Origin: Ascidiella aspersa
Lineage: Eukaryota
Reading direction: 5' to 3'
DNA: 64,000 nt
Assembly: GCA_963924565.1 (NCBI GenBank)
Contig: OZ004609.1
Location: 25,420,001 to 25,484,000 of the forward strand
The notes under the pieces are model-generated. The model was not told where the DNA came from, did no database searches, and was given only the letters and a program-made list of their open reading frames with translations. The position numbers were made by a program, and so were the translations under genes. This document shows, in pieces, positions 50,685-63,815 of the stretch; position 1 is the stretch's first letter; every line of letters starts with the position of its first letter.

Positions 50685-53316
50685 CGTCACCGCACAATGG
50701 TAGCCTTTGAAGGCTTTTTATGCAACTTTGTAATCCTTTTTCGCGCGTTCTCTTGATTAAGTTTGGCTTAAAATTCTATCCAAAAATTATAAACCGTTTT
50801 TATTCCGTGTTGGGCTCTTAATGATATATAATCGCATAACAGCCTCGATACGGTGATAGACAATAATGGTTTTCTCTCTTTCCTGTTGCTTGAATGCGTG
50901 TCTCCATTTGAGCATTACGCCAGCAAAGTCCTATCCTTTCCCACTCTAATCGACAGAGTAAAACGATGCGCACCGGTCCTAGGCTCGCCATATGACGTAC
51001 CATGACCCAATGAAAGCGATGTACGTAAACGCATGACGTCACGGCGCGTGGCAGAAGTTTGGTGACGTTGACACGGTGTTTTGTGACTACCACTTATGAC
51101 GTCAGATATAGGGTAGTGTTCTATACTTGGTATTTTTCTAATTTTTGTTGAGCGAAACTCCTCGTATTTGTTTCAAGTTCCAACGTTTGTTTTCCTAATA
51201 TGTGGTATTATAAAGAATTTTGCAAGTTTGACAGTATTGTGTTTATATTCGCATAGTTGTGTTTTGTTGTTCGCAGACCATGATAACATCAAAATAGTAT
51301 ATGGCGTATAAGCACGTTCATAAACTGGTCAGCGTGGAAATTATTATACCTTTCATATTACTTTTAACCCGACTTTTATTTCTTCTTCAGACGTATTTAT
51401 TGCTCATTGATAAACTTTTCCTAAATCTTTATATTCCGGTTATGAACAAACGTGTATAGTTCCAGTATACGGTGAACGTTGCTTGGCAGCTATTTTACGT
51501 TTATGCAAAGTTCAAGCTACCATCGGTCGTTGAGCCCGTCCTAAACTGATAACCTAACGAGTCATTTTTGTGTAATAACTCAGGAAATGCAAGTATGCTG
51601 AGTTTCGAAGCGGGAGCAAGACCTATTGTGCGTAGGTTAACTTGTTATAACAGTGCGACCCCTTTGTGCGTTTCCGCATTAATGTGTTGTTGTTCTTTCA
51701 TTTATTCCTGGTACGACAAATACTGGCTTTGATTAGAGAGTAACCCAACGTGTGATTTTTTTAAGCGTAACTTTTGCCACAGCGCTGTCCAACTTTGATC
51801 ACGAGCTATTGAACTTTTGAATTTGTCAAACCCCGGTAATTGTATAACAGACCATCGGCATTTCGTAGACACGAATGTAAGTTATTTTGTGTTAGATATG
51901 GTCAAAATCTGAGTATCTTGTTTATTGTTAGCGACACTGTGTGCGCATTAATAACAACTCATCCACAATTTACCCCATGTGTGTGTATTGTGTACATACC
52001 TAGTTATAGACGTCTACTCGTTTCGCCCAATGCCTTACAACGTTTTGATGCATTGTGTTTCGTGTATAAGAAGTAACCATTTTCAATTCGTTATTTCAAT
52101 GCCAATTTTATAACTTCCATAATCCTACAGTCCAACATTTGTTCCCCCTCATTTTTTCAGACAATTGTAAGTAATATCGCCAACCTCTTATACCGTTCGT
52201 TCTATCCTTAATGCTTTCTTAATTAAGGTATAACAGTCGACCACTTCAAGGTGAAGTTATCGCAGAATCAGTAAACCAAGTTGAAACATATTGTGTTCGG
52301 GATTATTTTATCGGTTACCAAAGTTTTATAATAACGACCAACTGAGTGATATTTTAGGAAGATTTTCTACATGTTGACTTTAAACATCGAACGCAAAATT
52401 CAAAAAAAAAAGAAACAAACAAACTGCTGATAATTGGGCTTCGTAGTTCCCGGGAGCAGCGCAAGACCGTTAGGTACGTCGAGTCAGCTGCGACCCTTAG
52501 TTGTAATTCTATTAAAAATTACAAAAAGGGTCTGATTTAAACCGCATAAAAGGGTATAGACAACATTATGTGCACGCATAATGACAAAAACGGAAAAATA
52601 CACAATTCATGTTGCACATTATAGCAGTAAAAACGACAATAGACAAAACATTTTACCAACGATCCTAAGTATTAGGTGTTATCAATTTAACGATGCGAGA
52701 CTGATTGACCCGGGTTCAATCTTAATGCTTATTATTTATTTATTTATTGTTAGCACGTGATCAGTTTTAAAAATCTCCAATAAATTGAAACATGCTCCAA
52801 GAAATTGAAAAAAAAAATCGGCGCTGATCTAGGATGATCCTACCACTCCTTTTACAATAACGAAACGTTGCCTCAACGTCCCTTTTAAAAATTTTCCTCT
52901 TTAGGCAAAGTATAAAAAAAACTTACTTTTTTGCCGTAGTTTAAGTCATAGGTTGTGTCATAGAAAATATGCGGCCAATATGTATAAAATACATGTATTT
53001 ACTGGTACCGTCTCATGGGTTCACCGCCCGCGGGCCGGATCTGTCCCGCCAATGTGAATCATCTGTCCCGCCGCCTCTTTTCCACACGCAGCATGAGGAC
53101 GCCTATATATTTTGATTGTTTTACCAGAGTTAATGCAACTTTAAGGGGCGGCTGCACGCTAATCTGTTTTCTTTATGTATTATATTTGTGTGTTTCCTGA
53201 AACTATCACCAATGAAAAAATATTTGTGTGTCTGAATTCATTTTATTGCGCTTCGCATTAAATTTAGACACCACATCGAATGGTAAACGGTCCGATAGGA
53301 TATAAATACTCTATAG

Positions 53317-53655
53317 CAGGGGTTCTTAAACTGGGGTCCATGGACCCCTTGGGGGTCCGTGAACTGATATTAGGGGGTCCACGAAGGCCTAATTAAAAAA
53401 CTAGTGTATACTTAAAGTAATGAATTTTTGAAAGAAAACACTTTAATTCAAAATTAAATGGTTTTGCAGTGAATGTATAGTTAGACTCCATTTAACTTTC
53501 ACATTTTTCGGACCGAAATAACAGAGTCATGAAGTCTATTTGTATTGTGACGTCAATTTATGACGTCATTTTTGAGCATTTCTTGTCTACCGGGGTCCAT
53601 GCAAAGCAAAAAAAAATTTTAGGGGTCCGCGATAAAAAAAGTTTAAGAACCCCTG
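53317..53655. mobile_element. hAT-type MITE
   Basis: Perfect TIR CAGGGGTTCTTAAACT; perfect TSD CTCTATAG. Confidence 0.92.
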
Positions 53656-55185
53656 CTCTATAGAAACTAGATGAACGATTTCGCGTTTAAGTAATTGTAT
53701 TACACCTTTATCATGATGATGCCTATCCTAGGCCTCATCCTCAATAACAGCCCTTTTAATTATAAATGTATAAAAAACTGGACGTTTTAACAACAAATTG
53801 TCAGTTTGTACTGCTCGGCGGAGATTGTTCTCAGTTTGGGTTTGACCTGCGGCAAGAAAAAGGTTGGCTACCACGTTGTTGTCGTCTAAACTTTTAGCCA
53901 GTAGTTCTCCGCTAAACGTCAATTTCTGGAAAACAACCTATAATATTGCAAAATGACATACTTACCAGTACGTAAGACTTGAAACACACTATTTATCTCT
54001 ATCGCTTTCCGTGTATTAAGGGCCAAGTTATGATATTGTTGTTCATTGGTTTGCCGCAAGACTTTTTTTTATTTTATTAGCTCTTTGGAAGCTAAAAGTG
54101 TCGAGAATCCTTACTTTAAATCCGTGGTTTCCAACCTTTTTGTTATCAACACCCCCTTTCAAGTTTTCTAAACTCCAAAATTTATTATCGCGACCCTCGC
54201 CCTACAAAAGTTTTGGTTCATTACACATAATTTAGTATTAGTGGAGTTAACAATGACGTTAGTGGTGGGGTTGGGTTGTTTAGGTCTTATTCCGAACTGT
54301 GTTTTATTGCAATGTAAGTAACTTGAACAAAACAATACGAACTTATTTGCCCCGTATATTATTTTAAAGTAACACTTTAGCGATCCTAATAGATTAAGAA
54401 GGTTTTTATAACAGTATTTATGTATGTTTTATTATCTTGTTGTTTTCCTCAACGTTTTTTTCCCAGAAATAAAGTAGGGCAATTTAGTACAGAGAAGTGC
54501 ATTGAGTAGAAATGTTGTTACATACAGATATTAATGAATGTCGCAAAACGGGTCTTCGGTGGTACAATGGTATAATTAAAAATGACATTATGCATAAAAG
54601 ATTTCCCGTATCAAATGAGGCATTTTACTACATAAAAAAATAAGGCGACAAAATGGAATGGATTATTTTAATTCACTTTTGCCATTTTAGAACTGTACGA
54701 CACACGATAAAGAACTACGCAAAATATACACACTGACACTATTTTTTTAAAGCATAAAAATAAATTCCCAACGACAGTCAAACAATCACTGTTATAAACA
54801 AGAATTAGATGGCTTTACGAGCGATTTTGATTAAGGCAAACCAAACAATTTTTCGGGTTTCAGGTTCAGTGTTCGTCAAAACCAGCTCTACTGGTGAACT
54901 GGGGTGTTAGTACAACTCAAATGGAACCCGTGTAAATTTTTACCGAAAGCGTTTAACTGTTCATTACAGTAGTATTACAACGTCTCGGACTTCTAAAGAA
55001 TAAAATCAATAAAAATCGATAAAAGCAATGCTAAAACAAAATGTCTACATGCAGCAAACATTAGACAAGAGAACCATCGCCGAAACGCATTTTTATCAAG
55101 CATACGTAAAACACATAATTACAATGATCGTTTTGATATACACAAGAGTGGCTCGCCGACTGTGGTAGCCTGAAATTGGAACCTT

Positions 55186-55917
55186 TTAGTTGCCCCCAGA
55201 TGCGACAGGACGGCAGTGCTCAAGCATGCAAGTTGCACATGCGGGAACTTTAAGGGCCTTTCTTCGAAGCTCCGATGGACAGAAGGAACTGCAGTGGGTA
55301 TTCATGCAGGCCAACTTTTTTCCCCGACAGGTTTCCTTGCAAGTCTGACAATCGTCGTTTCGGCATTGGTTCACTTTGCAATCCTTTTTGCATAACTTTC
55401 GGTTGGCCTCTGTTAAAGTATATAGGTGCAGTGTGACAATTAACAGAGTACGTTCATTGTTTTTCAAGTATATCAAGTACAATGTTTTACTTAACGATTG
55501 TAAACCGAACAAAAAAAGTGAAGCTTTTGGTTTAAACTGGGAAACAATTACCCATGCCTGCAGGCTAACACAAGCCAAGGAATACATTGGGCTTTCAAGA
55601 TTTAAGTTAGTTTTAAGAATTGTGTTTATTTTAAAGATTTGCCATATTAAACACCGGAGGAAAACTATACTACGGAAGTAACAAAATCACTTACTTGATC
55701 GGCATTTGCAGTTTTGTCTGCATGTGAGTTGAGCTTCGCATGCTGGACATACTGTCGTACACTTCAAAGGCGCCAAACGGGTCTTGGCCTCCTTCCGGGC
55801 CATTCTGTCCTCGACGCGTTCCATCTTGCTGGCCTTATGCTTTTTGTGTTTGTGTCCCTCTCCCAAAGCGGCCACCAGCAGTACGCAGCAAAGCACAGCT
55901 ATTAAAAACTTGGCCAT
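55186..55917 (-). CDS. Vanabin-like (vanadium-binding) secreted protein A, 148 aa, 18 Cys
   Basis: Exons 55917-55695 and 55409-55186 (phase 1). Signal peptide, His/Lys-rich leader, then C-x3-C-x2-C-x5-C-x3-C-x-C-x8-C-x3-C-x4-C-x4-C-x2-C-x3-C-x6-C-x4-C-x3-C-x13-C-x2-C-x4-C, Lys/Arg-rich. This matches the 18-Cys C-x(2-4)-C vanabin pattern. Confidence 0.85.
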
Positions 55918-57801
55918 TTTCGACAAATAGGTTTTTCAAAAGTAGGAGACTAAGGTAATATCTGCAAAAGACAGTGGTCAGATTAAGTTTTATCATACAT
56001 CATACAGTTCGTTGATGAACATTATCGTTTAAACGTAACAAAACCTTAACAGCTAAAGCAGACAGGCACAATATTCTGATAAACAGAAGGATTGGTGACT
56101 CAGTTACGTTCTAAACACACACTACAACAAAACCTAAGCGCTTTTGTGATATCACGAGATCGCTTTTACACGCTCGATTCGGCGTCGGGTTTCGTTGCCG
56201 TCTCGTTTTGCTAAAAATGGGAAACTGGCCGTCGAGACAAGAGTGGCTGACCCAGTTTCTAACAGGTGAATTTTGTCATTGTGGTATTAAATTATTTTAA
56301 ACGTTAAAAACAACCGGATTAGTTTCAGTTTAACTTATGAAAATTTACAACAAGGTATAAAATTTCGCGATTCTTTAACCAAGCGCTAATATTTTTTTAT
56401 TTGATAGCACAACACTTCAATGGCTTCTACAGTTTTAAAATAGTTTTGGATCAACTTTTATTGGTATAACCAAATATAATGAAATCGTATTTCTAGCTAT
56501 TTTCTGGCAACGAAAATATCAAGCAACGAACGCAACATTCAACTCTGCTGTCCAATTTCAACATTTCTGAACCTTTTATTGCATAGATGTAAAACAAAAA
56601 AGGAAACGGTCTAACGAAAGGCGCAAGTCTCTTGTTTGTCCTTCGTCGTATCCGCAATCTAAACGTAATAAAAACCATTAATGGGTCGACCCGTGAGGCA
56701 GCTGCGTCTGAAGGTCTGGAACCTTGCTATCTGATCTGCAGCTAGCGCTGTCGCCGCAACTGATTTAAACGCGTTGCTTTTTTATGTCGACTCAGCACGT
56801 TTCACCAATCACAAGATGTTTATAGGAGCCGCTTGCGCGTTCTCGATCGCCGAATGACCCCACGCGATGCTGTTTTGGCTTTTGCGAGAGTCGGTCGTAA
56901 ATATTGACGAAAAGCAAACATGATCCCTATGCGTTGGCGACAGGAGAAAGCCTTCGGTCGAAATGTTTCTCCTAGGGCTAATGTCGAAGGTTTTGTAGCT
57001 ATGCCCAAAGACGACAAACAAGACGATCTACATCCACGACACATTGTGATAAAACGATGTTCTTCCAAGCCCGTCATTCTACTGTTCATATGTTTTCTGG
57101 ATTTGTAAGTATTGGCTTGGTAGTCGACTTACAAAGGCGGCATCGTTTTAATACATTAGAAGCCTGCTACTTATCGCATAGATTCACAGCCTGGCCAACA
57201 GCTTTCAATCATACTTAACGCTCGCTTTGCTTTAGAAAACTTGAGATCAGTAAAATGATATACAATGTAGTAATTGTAATATTTTTATTTAGGCTGTAAA
57301 TATGTATCATGTTATTTCCGGCAGTAAACTTGCGTTGTCGTTTTTGACTTTTCGTTTGTTATCTTATATTTCTTGTGTTTCCAATGTATCACTTACATGT
57401 GTGTTCGTTATATGTTTTGTTTTTTTAATGAACATTTGTACAAACAGGGTGCAGCCCAGTCGGAAAATTATCCATGTGCCATGCCTGTTTTATCCCCTCG
57501 CCTTGCAAGGGCCAACTACATATGTTCAGTGATAAATCGGTTATGTAAGCACGGAAATTCAACACCGGCAGGTACATGGCCCAGTCATGGCCATAAGGTA
57601 TAAATATGGTTGGGCATCCTGTCAAATTACGACTATAAATCTGCAAAACACCATGGGTAAATTTACATTGAGCTTTTATTCATGCACGTTAAAAATATGG
57701 AAAGAAACAAAAAGAAACACAGAAATAGAAACTGTACAAGGCAATAACAAACTGCAGTTTAAAAAGACATCAATAATTGTCTGAAGGTTCCATTTGTATG
57801 A

Positions 57802-58452
57802 TTTATTCACTGTCAGAAATATAGATTCTGAAAATGAGTCAGTCAACACAGGTTCAGCTATATCGGACTTGTGATTCGCAGGGAGTGGTCATCACAGGTT
57901 TTGTGCTTTCTTTATAAGCAATGGAATTGGCTTGTCTTCTTGCACCTCTGCCACCATCCCAGTCTATTGCACCTTGTAGTCGATAACAGATGCAGTTTGG
58001 TCTTTGTGACCTATGAACAGGAGAACGCCTAAAAAATTAGCTTGTAACTAATAAGTAGGACGATTATTATTTGTTGACAAGCAAAATTATTTCAAGTTAA
58101 AATCAGTCAAAAATACTCATAATTTGTTTACACAATTAAAAAAAAAACTATTGGCAAAACATTAGAGCCCAACATATGAAATAATAAATAAAAATCACAT
58201 GCACCTTATACAGTATGATATTTAACTAACTTACCTGCAAATTTTGATAAGCAGCCGCCCCAATTAGGAAAATCTTTAACATCTATCAGCTTTTAATCCC
58301 AGAGGCCATGTTGGTGTTGGCATTTATTGGCACTTTATGTCGATATCTTTAGTTTTTTTAAGATTTCCAGGTATTTAGTCAGGATTTTATGCTCACTTAA
58401 TACAAATATTTAGATGTGACTTTAGATTGCGTAAAAAATCTGGGATGTGCAC
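57802..58452 (-). other. Unexplained spliced unit (lncRNA or decayed gene)
   Basis: Acceptor at 58452, CAG|GTAAGT donor after 58235, TTTTTAG acceptor at 58028, AATAAA at 57807-57802, CpG/CCAAT-rich patch at ~58790-58920. No long ORF. Confidence 0.3.
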
Positions 58453-59907
58453 CTGCCACAGAAATAAACTTGTCAACAGATGTAAAAATGGAGCTTGTTT
58501 CCTACTTTGTTTAGATACAAATTTAGTTCTTGCTAAAAGTTATTTTATTCAATGAATTTATTTTTTTATTCTGATATAAAACTTCAAATATAGCTTAGCC
58601 TACACTATCCTAAACATATATTTGATAGCTAACCTGATCTTTAGGGCTAAGGTAAAAATTTTAGGGCAGGTAAAAAAAGAAAACAACAACTGACGAAAAA
58701 GTCTAACACTCAGCTGCCCTATAGCTTTCAACTGATTTGTGATTTCAATTGTCTTAACAATAAACGTTCAAACTCGATTGTGATGTCATCCGTATATCGG
58801 CCAATCGGACGTCTGGAGTTCAAAAATATGCGCGCCGTTTGTAAATAAAAAAAAAACGCAATATAATAAATTGCAAGCACAGAGCGGGGAAAGGCGGCGC
58901 GAAGTTGAATCAGCGGGTAACCTAGCCAGTATTGTTGCCTTCAGTAGGAAACCATGTGTATAGCGTTGGTACGAATAGTACTTTTCCAAAAGATTTGTGT
59001 TCAGGCAACTTAACCTTTACTAATGTAATAAATTTTATCAATTAACATCTTTTTTTTCAGCATATCTAAATATACCTTCTTAACTTTGCTAAATATGTTG
59101 CCTAAACAAGAAAACTATAAATATTATAACAGCTAACTTATACCCAAGTAAAAATAGTAACCCCCAAAACATTATTACATATGTGTATGATATAGGTTAA
59201 AATTTTGGTTTAGCAAAGAAACTGTTAAAATAGGCGAGTCTACAAAGTAAAAAAAAAACAACTTTGTGGTTAGGTTCGATTTTTCCCAGAAAATATGGTA
59301 ATCGCCGAATAAGTTACGAAAACCACATTTATCACCAAAATTCTGGGAAGCGCCGATGATTATGAAGCTTCGACAGAAATAACCCAGAAAAATACGTCAT
59401 ATATCACCGATTATTGTCAGGGTTATATACCTTTAGCCGGATATAAATATTTTCCGTGATGGCCCGGGGATAAACGGGGAAAAATTTCCGACTGGGAGTT
59501 GACTCGATGTACCTTACGGTCTTTCACTGCATCCTGGAACAAACAACTGTATTTTTTCTTTGTTACTTCGTACTGAGTTTTAGTTGTTTCGTTTCCCCAA
59601 AAAATAAAATCTATCTATCTATTCCTATCGGTAATGTTTAGTTCGGTTATAGAAATAATCGTAAGTGTTAAATAAAATACATTTTATTGGGTTTTTAATA
59701 ACGGTAATGGAATTACATAGGTTACGAGTTATTATTTAAATGTTCCAAATATGTTATTGATAACTGATATGTTAACTTCGATTGGATGAGATATGCGAAT
59801 GAAAGACGAATAATAGAAAAATACTACGAAAACGTTACATCGTTTATCTAATCCTATTTGTTAGTTTTACTTGCCGTCGTCTATTGCAAGTCTGTGCAGA
59901 CAGATAG

Positions 59908-60147
59908 TTACACACAAACACTGCTGACTGTTGTACACGCTTAGGCAAAACAGTCAGGTTTTACATATGCATGGCTTCCATGATAAATTTCGTTTGATAT
60001 GCCTCGGTCGCACTGGACGTGGCAATGCTCCATTGCGCAGCGGTTCGCCCTTCTCTTGGGTATTATGCATTGTTCGCAGACTTCCATTTGCGAGCGCACG
60101 ATGTACGACTCTGCACATTAAGAAATGCAGGGATCAGAATATTTCAT
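59908..60147 (-). pseudogene. Vanabin-like pseudogene (exon-2 remnant)
   Basis: Translates MKYSDPCIS*CAESYIVRSQMEVCEQCIIPKRRANRCAMEHCHVQCDRGISNEIYHGSHAYVKPDCFA*: C-x3-C, C-x2-C and C-x4-C-x3-C spacing as in the flanking genes, with TAA stops at 60120-60118 and 59943-59941. Confidence 0.65.
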
Positions 60148-61657
60148 TTTTTAAAGTAATTCAACTTGAAAATGCCTGTTAATGCCAAATAGCTTTAATA
60201 AAACGACATTATCCCTGTAAATACAGTTCGATACGAACCTGTATTATCACCAGAAGTATATGATAAAACAACTGATGAAACATTAACTGATGTTGATACA
60301 ATTGCGGGTCAAACGATCTTTATTTAAGTGATGTCTCTCTATTTAACCTATTTGGCTTTAGCATTCGTTTTCGGGCTACATCCTAGTTCTTCCAATAGCT
60401 TTTTTAAACCTTTTAAAATTGCATTCAACTGTAAAGCAAAATACATGTTTCGGCTATTTTTGGTTAAGCTTTCAAAATTAACATTCAACTTCGTTTTAAC
60501 TCAGGTTTAGTGGACAGTTTTAGGTACAACGAAAAAAAATCGTAATCTTGTAAGAAAAAATATCGTCGATGTACATTGCTTACGGGGGCATATGGTATTA
60601 TCTTGCGTAGACCCAGACCTCACGTGGAGATCCAGCCTCAGGTGTTTGTTGTTACTAATATTTAACGCCTGCACTACACTTGACCTATTAAAAGATACCG
60701 ATTGAATTTAAAGTTTTATTCTATACATTTTACTTGTAAAGCAAGATAAAATTACTTTATTATGGAGATTCGCACAACATCTAATTTAAGGTGACAATCT
60801 TGAATTTCTGCTAATCATAGTTACTTTAACAATCTAATCATATATATTTTACTTAATAATACGAAATAAAATTATTAAACTTTGTACTTTAATCCTTGTA
60901 CTTCTCCATCCAACGTTTGTTGTTGAATGCATGGGGTGATAAAACCACATGCAACTTTAATTGAAAAACACTTTGATTTGGAATCAGCCTATACTACTGT
61001 TAGGTGCCTACATTAACACTTAATCTATTAGATCAAACTTAGTTGCGTTCAAAGTTATAACTGTACACATGTCTTTAAAGGTTAGCATGCGAAAGAAACT
61101 GTTAACAGTTAAGTTCGTCGAACCATAGTCTTCGGGATACAACACTGAGCATTAAAGTGGCCGAACAGTTATGTGTTTAGGTTAATTCGGTGCTGGCACC
61201 AAGGGTTTATATCAGAGTATTTGTTTCTATGAGCGTTTTAAATGATCGGCTAGTCACGAAACGACAGCGTATAGTCCAATCAAAACTTCCCTAAAGGAGG
61301 TCAAGGGTAAATGTGTGATTTATTTCTTTGAAAACATACGAACGTACAACATAGATTTATTAAACATGACATTACGGTGTCTTTTTCACATAATGGCGTG
61401 AAGGAGTTTGACTGAAACTTGGGTAAAATACGTTCCAGTCAAAACATGAGAGTAAAACAACAAATTTAACCATCAGACTTGCGTATATGCCGAAAATTTC
61501 ATAACATGTTAGATAAAAGGAACAGATGATAGACACATTGTATATGCAATACCAAATTAGGCTGCCCTTCTGTATAGCGTATTGAAATTAAGACGTTTTA
61601 TGGTAAAGATATATCGCATATGGATAATAATACAACGAATTATGTTTTGTGACAGCA

Positions 61658-62621
61658 TTAACCACCCCGTAAAACTGCCCCGCCCATCGCGCGAAATATG
61701 ACGGTGAAACATTTTTTGAAAGCGCACTTTGCACAAAAATGGTTTGATCGGAGGGAGTTGAGACTAAATCGGCTGCCTTTCAATGCACAGGGATTTGAGC
61801 ATTTTTTATCAATGCATTCGGCAATGACAGGTTGGCAGCGCGATACACACGAGCTGCATTGCTCGGCCAGGTATGCAGGTTGGTGCAGGCAATTGATAAG
61901 ACAGGTCGCTCTACTAATTTTATCTGCAGAAACAAAATGCGTACCTTAAAAAACCTACCATAGGTTGCAATAATATATTCAGGATGTCAGATAATAACAA
62001 AGGGATGCATATCATGTGTGCCAGGTCGATCTACCGACAATTGAGCGATATTAAGGTGTAGACGTCATAGCATAGTAAGCAGCGATTTCTACATTTCAAA
62101 GTTTATAAATAAGGGTCGTAACGATTTTTGCACAATTATCGCAAACAATCACGATAAACAATTACCACAAGGCTTAAATAGATGAATATCAATTCCAAAT
62201 GTTCTCCAAAGTGGGACCCCCCTCCTATAACGATAAATATCTCTCATCAATAAAAAACACCAGAGAGTCTAAACTGCTGGATTTCATCTCAGAATGTTAT
62301 GCGCGGTATATTTATATAAACAAATAAATAGCTAATGTTGTAGTTACCCTGTGTGAGTCTAAATAATTCGTTTATATTGTATATTTAAACTCATGTCAAT
62401 AGGTTGTCGATACAACTCCACTTCAATAGTAGTCTTACCCTACCTGTAGAAAATAAACATGTGCGCAGACAATTCACCATGTTCCCACAATTTTCCAAGG
62501 TGTAGCAACTTTTGCCGCATTGGTCAAGCTCCTCGATATCCTCCGGTCTAGGATGTTGCTTTTTTCCGTACGACATGGCAACCGCGGAAAGCATTATGAT
62601 AACAACCAAAAATATCTTCAT
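61658..62621 (-). CDS. Divergent vanabin-like secreted protein B, 147 aa, 16 Cys
   Basis: Exons 62621-62444 and 61923-61658 (phase 1, same position as gene A): MKIFLVVIIMLSAVAMSYGKKQHPRPEDIEELDQCGKSCYTLENCGNMVNCLRTCLFSTDKISRATCLINCLHQPAYLAEQCSSCVSRCQPVIAECIDKKCSNPCALKGSRFSLNSLRSNHFCAKCAFKKCFTVIFRAMGGAVLRGG*. Confidence 0.8.
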
Positions 62622-63161
62622 TCTTTCCAGAGCTTTATTTATGCGAATGATAAAATTTATACATTCTAGAAAATGAAACTGCAATGCTGAAATCAAACGA
62701 TAAGCTACGCTTACAAAACTATCTAAACAAAGCTTTTCAAATTGTGTAATAAAAAAATATTTATTATAACAAATTTAACTCTTCAACGTCTCACATCTTC
62801 AATGCTACAATATATAAGTGCAGAAAATTTGCAGCTGCGTTTGCCTGCAGTAGATAGGCGAATCGTTTTGCTTTAGAAACGCTCTTGTAGTTGTCACGCG
62901 ACGCTACCGGAAGCCATCGCTCGGTCAAGCAAGCTCGTTTTAGAGTAATAAATTTAAATACGCACCGATGGCCAAAAGGCGATTGCCCACGGTTTGACAA
63001 AAAAAGTCGAGTATGAACGATCGTTGCAGTGGCCATTTAATTCTGCAAAAGCTATGCGCAGTTCGGCACTGACTGGCTGTTTATCGCTTACTCCATCCTG
63101 TTGCAGGTTTTAATGACACTCGGGTGACATGCTTACACGTTTGAACAAAACACAAAATTGA

Positions 63162-63476
<315 letters not shown>

Positions 63477-63597
63477 CAGTATTAAGGAGAAAGCAGCATT
63501 AACAGCATTAACTTCACACAATGTTAATAGCCTACAGTTGTTAATAGCCTACAGGCATATAAAGACTGTTCGTTGCCATAAGTCATTTTAGGCTCAC

Positions 63598-63815
63598 CAA
63601 ACGCGAGCAAAATCAAGCATCCATAGCATAGGAATGCTGCCGCACATATGCGTTAGGTATCCCAGGGTGGACAGGTTCATTGGTCGGCCGTGCGGAAAAT
63701 GTTCGTTGCACTTGTCCTCGACAAAGTTCTTGAACACGGGTCCGTAAATAACAACGCACCGAACCCAATTTGTCAGATTGTTTCGTTTATCTTCGTGCCA
63801 GTCGTTCATGCACAT
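63598..63815 (-). other. Possible coding exon of an unidentified gene
   Basis: Open frame MCMNDWHEDKRNNLTNWVRCVVIYGPVFKNFVEDKC... ending at a TG|GTGAGC donor; family not recognised. Confidence 0.25.

Noticed and set aside
51030-51075. Possible SECIS element in the SECISBP2L 3'UTR (ATGACGTCAC...GTGACGTTGAC)
   Set aside because: The GA quartet is out of register, helix II is too short, there is no properly placed apical AA, and the CDS has no in-frame TGA.
56812-57108. Open frame interrupted by one TGA (possible selenoprotein)
   Set aside because: No redox motif, recognisable homology, SECIS or supported exon structure.
57860-58310. A fourth vanabin copy
   Set aside because: No minus-strand frame shows the vanabin Cys spacing.
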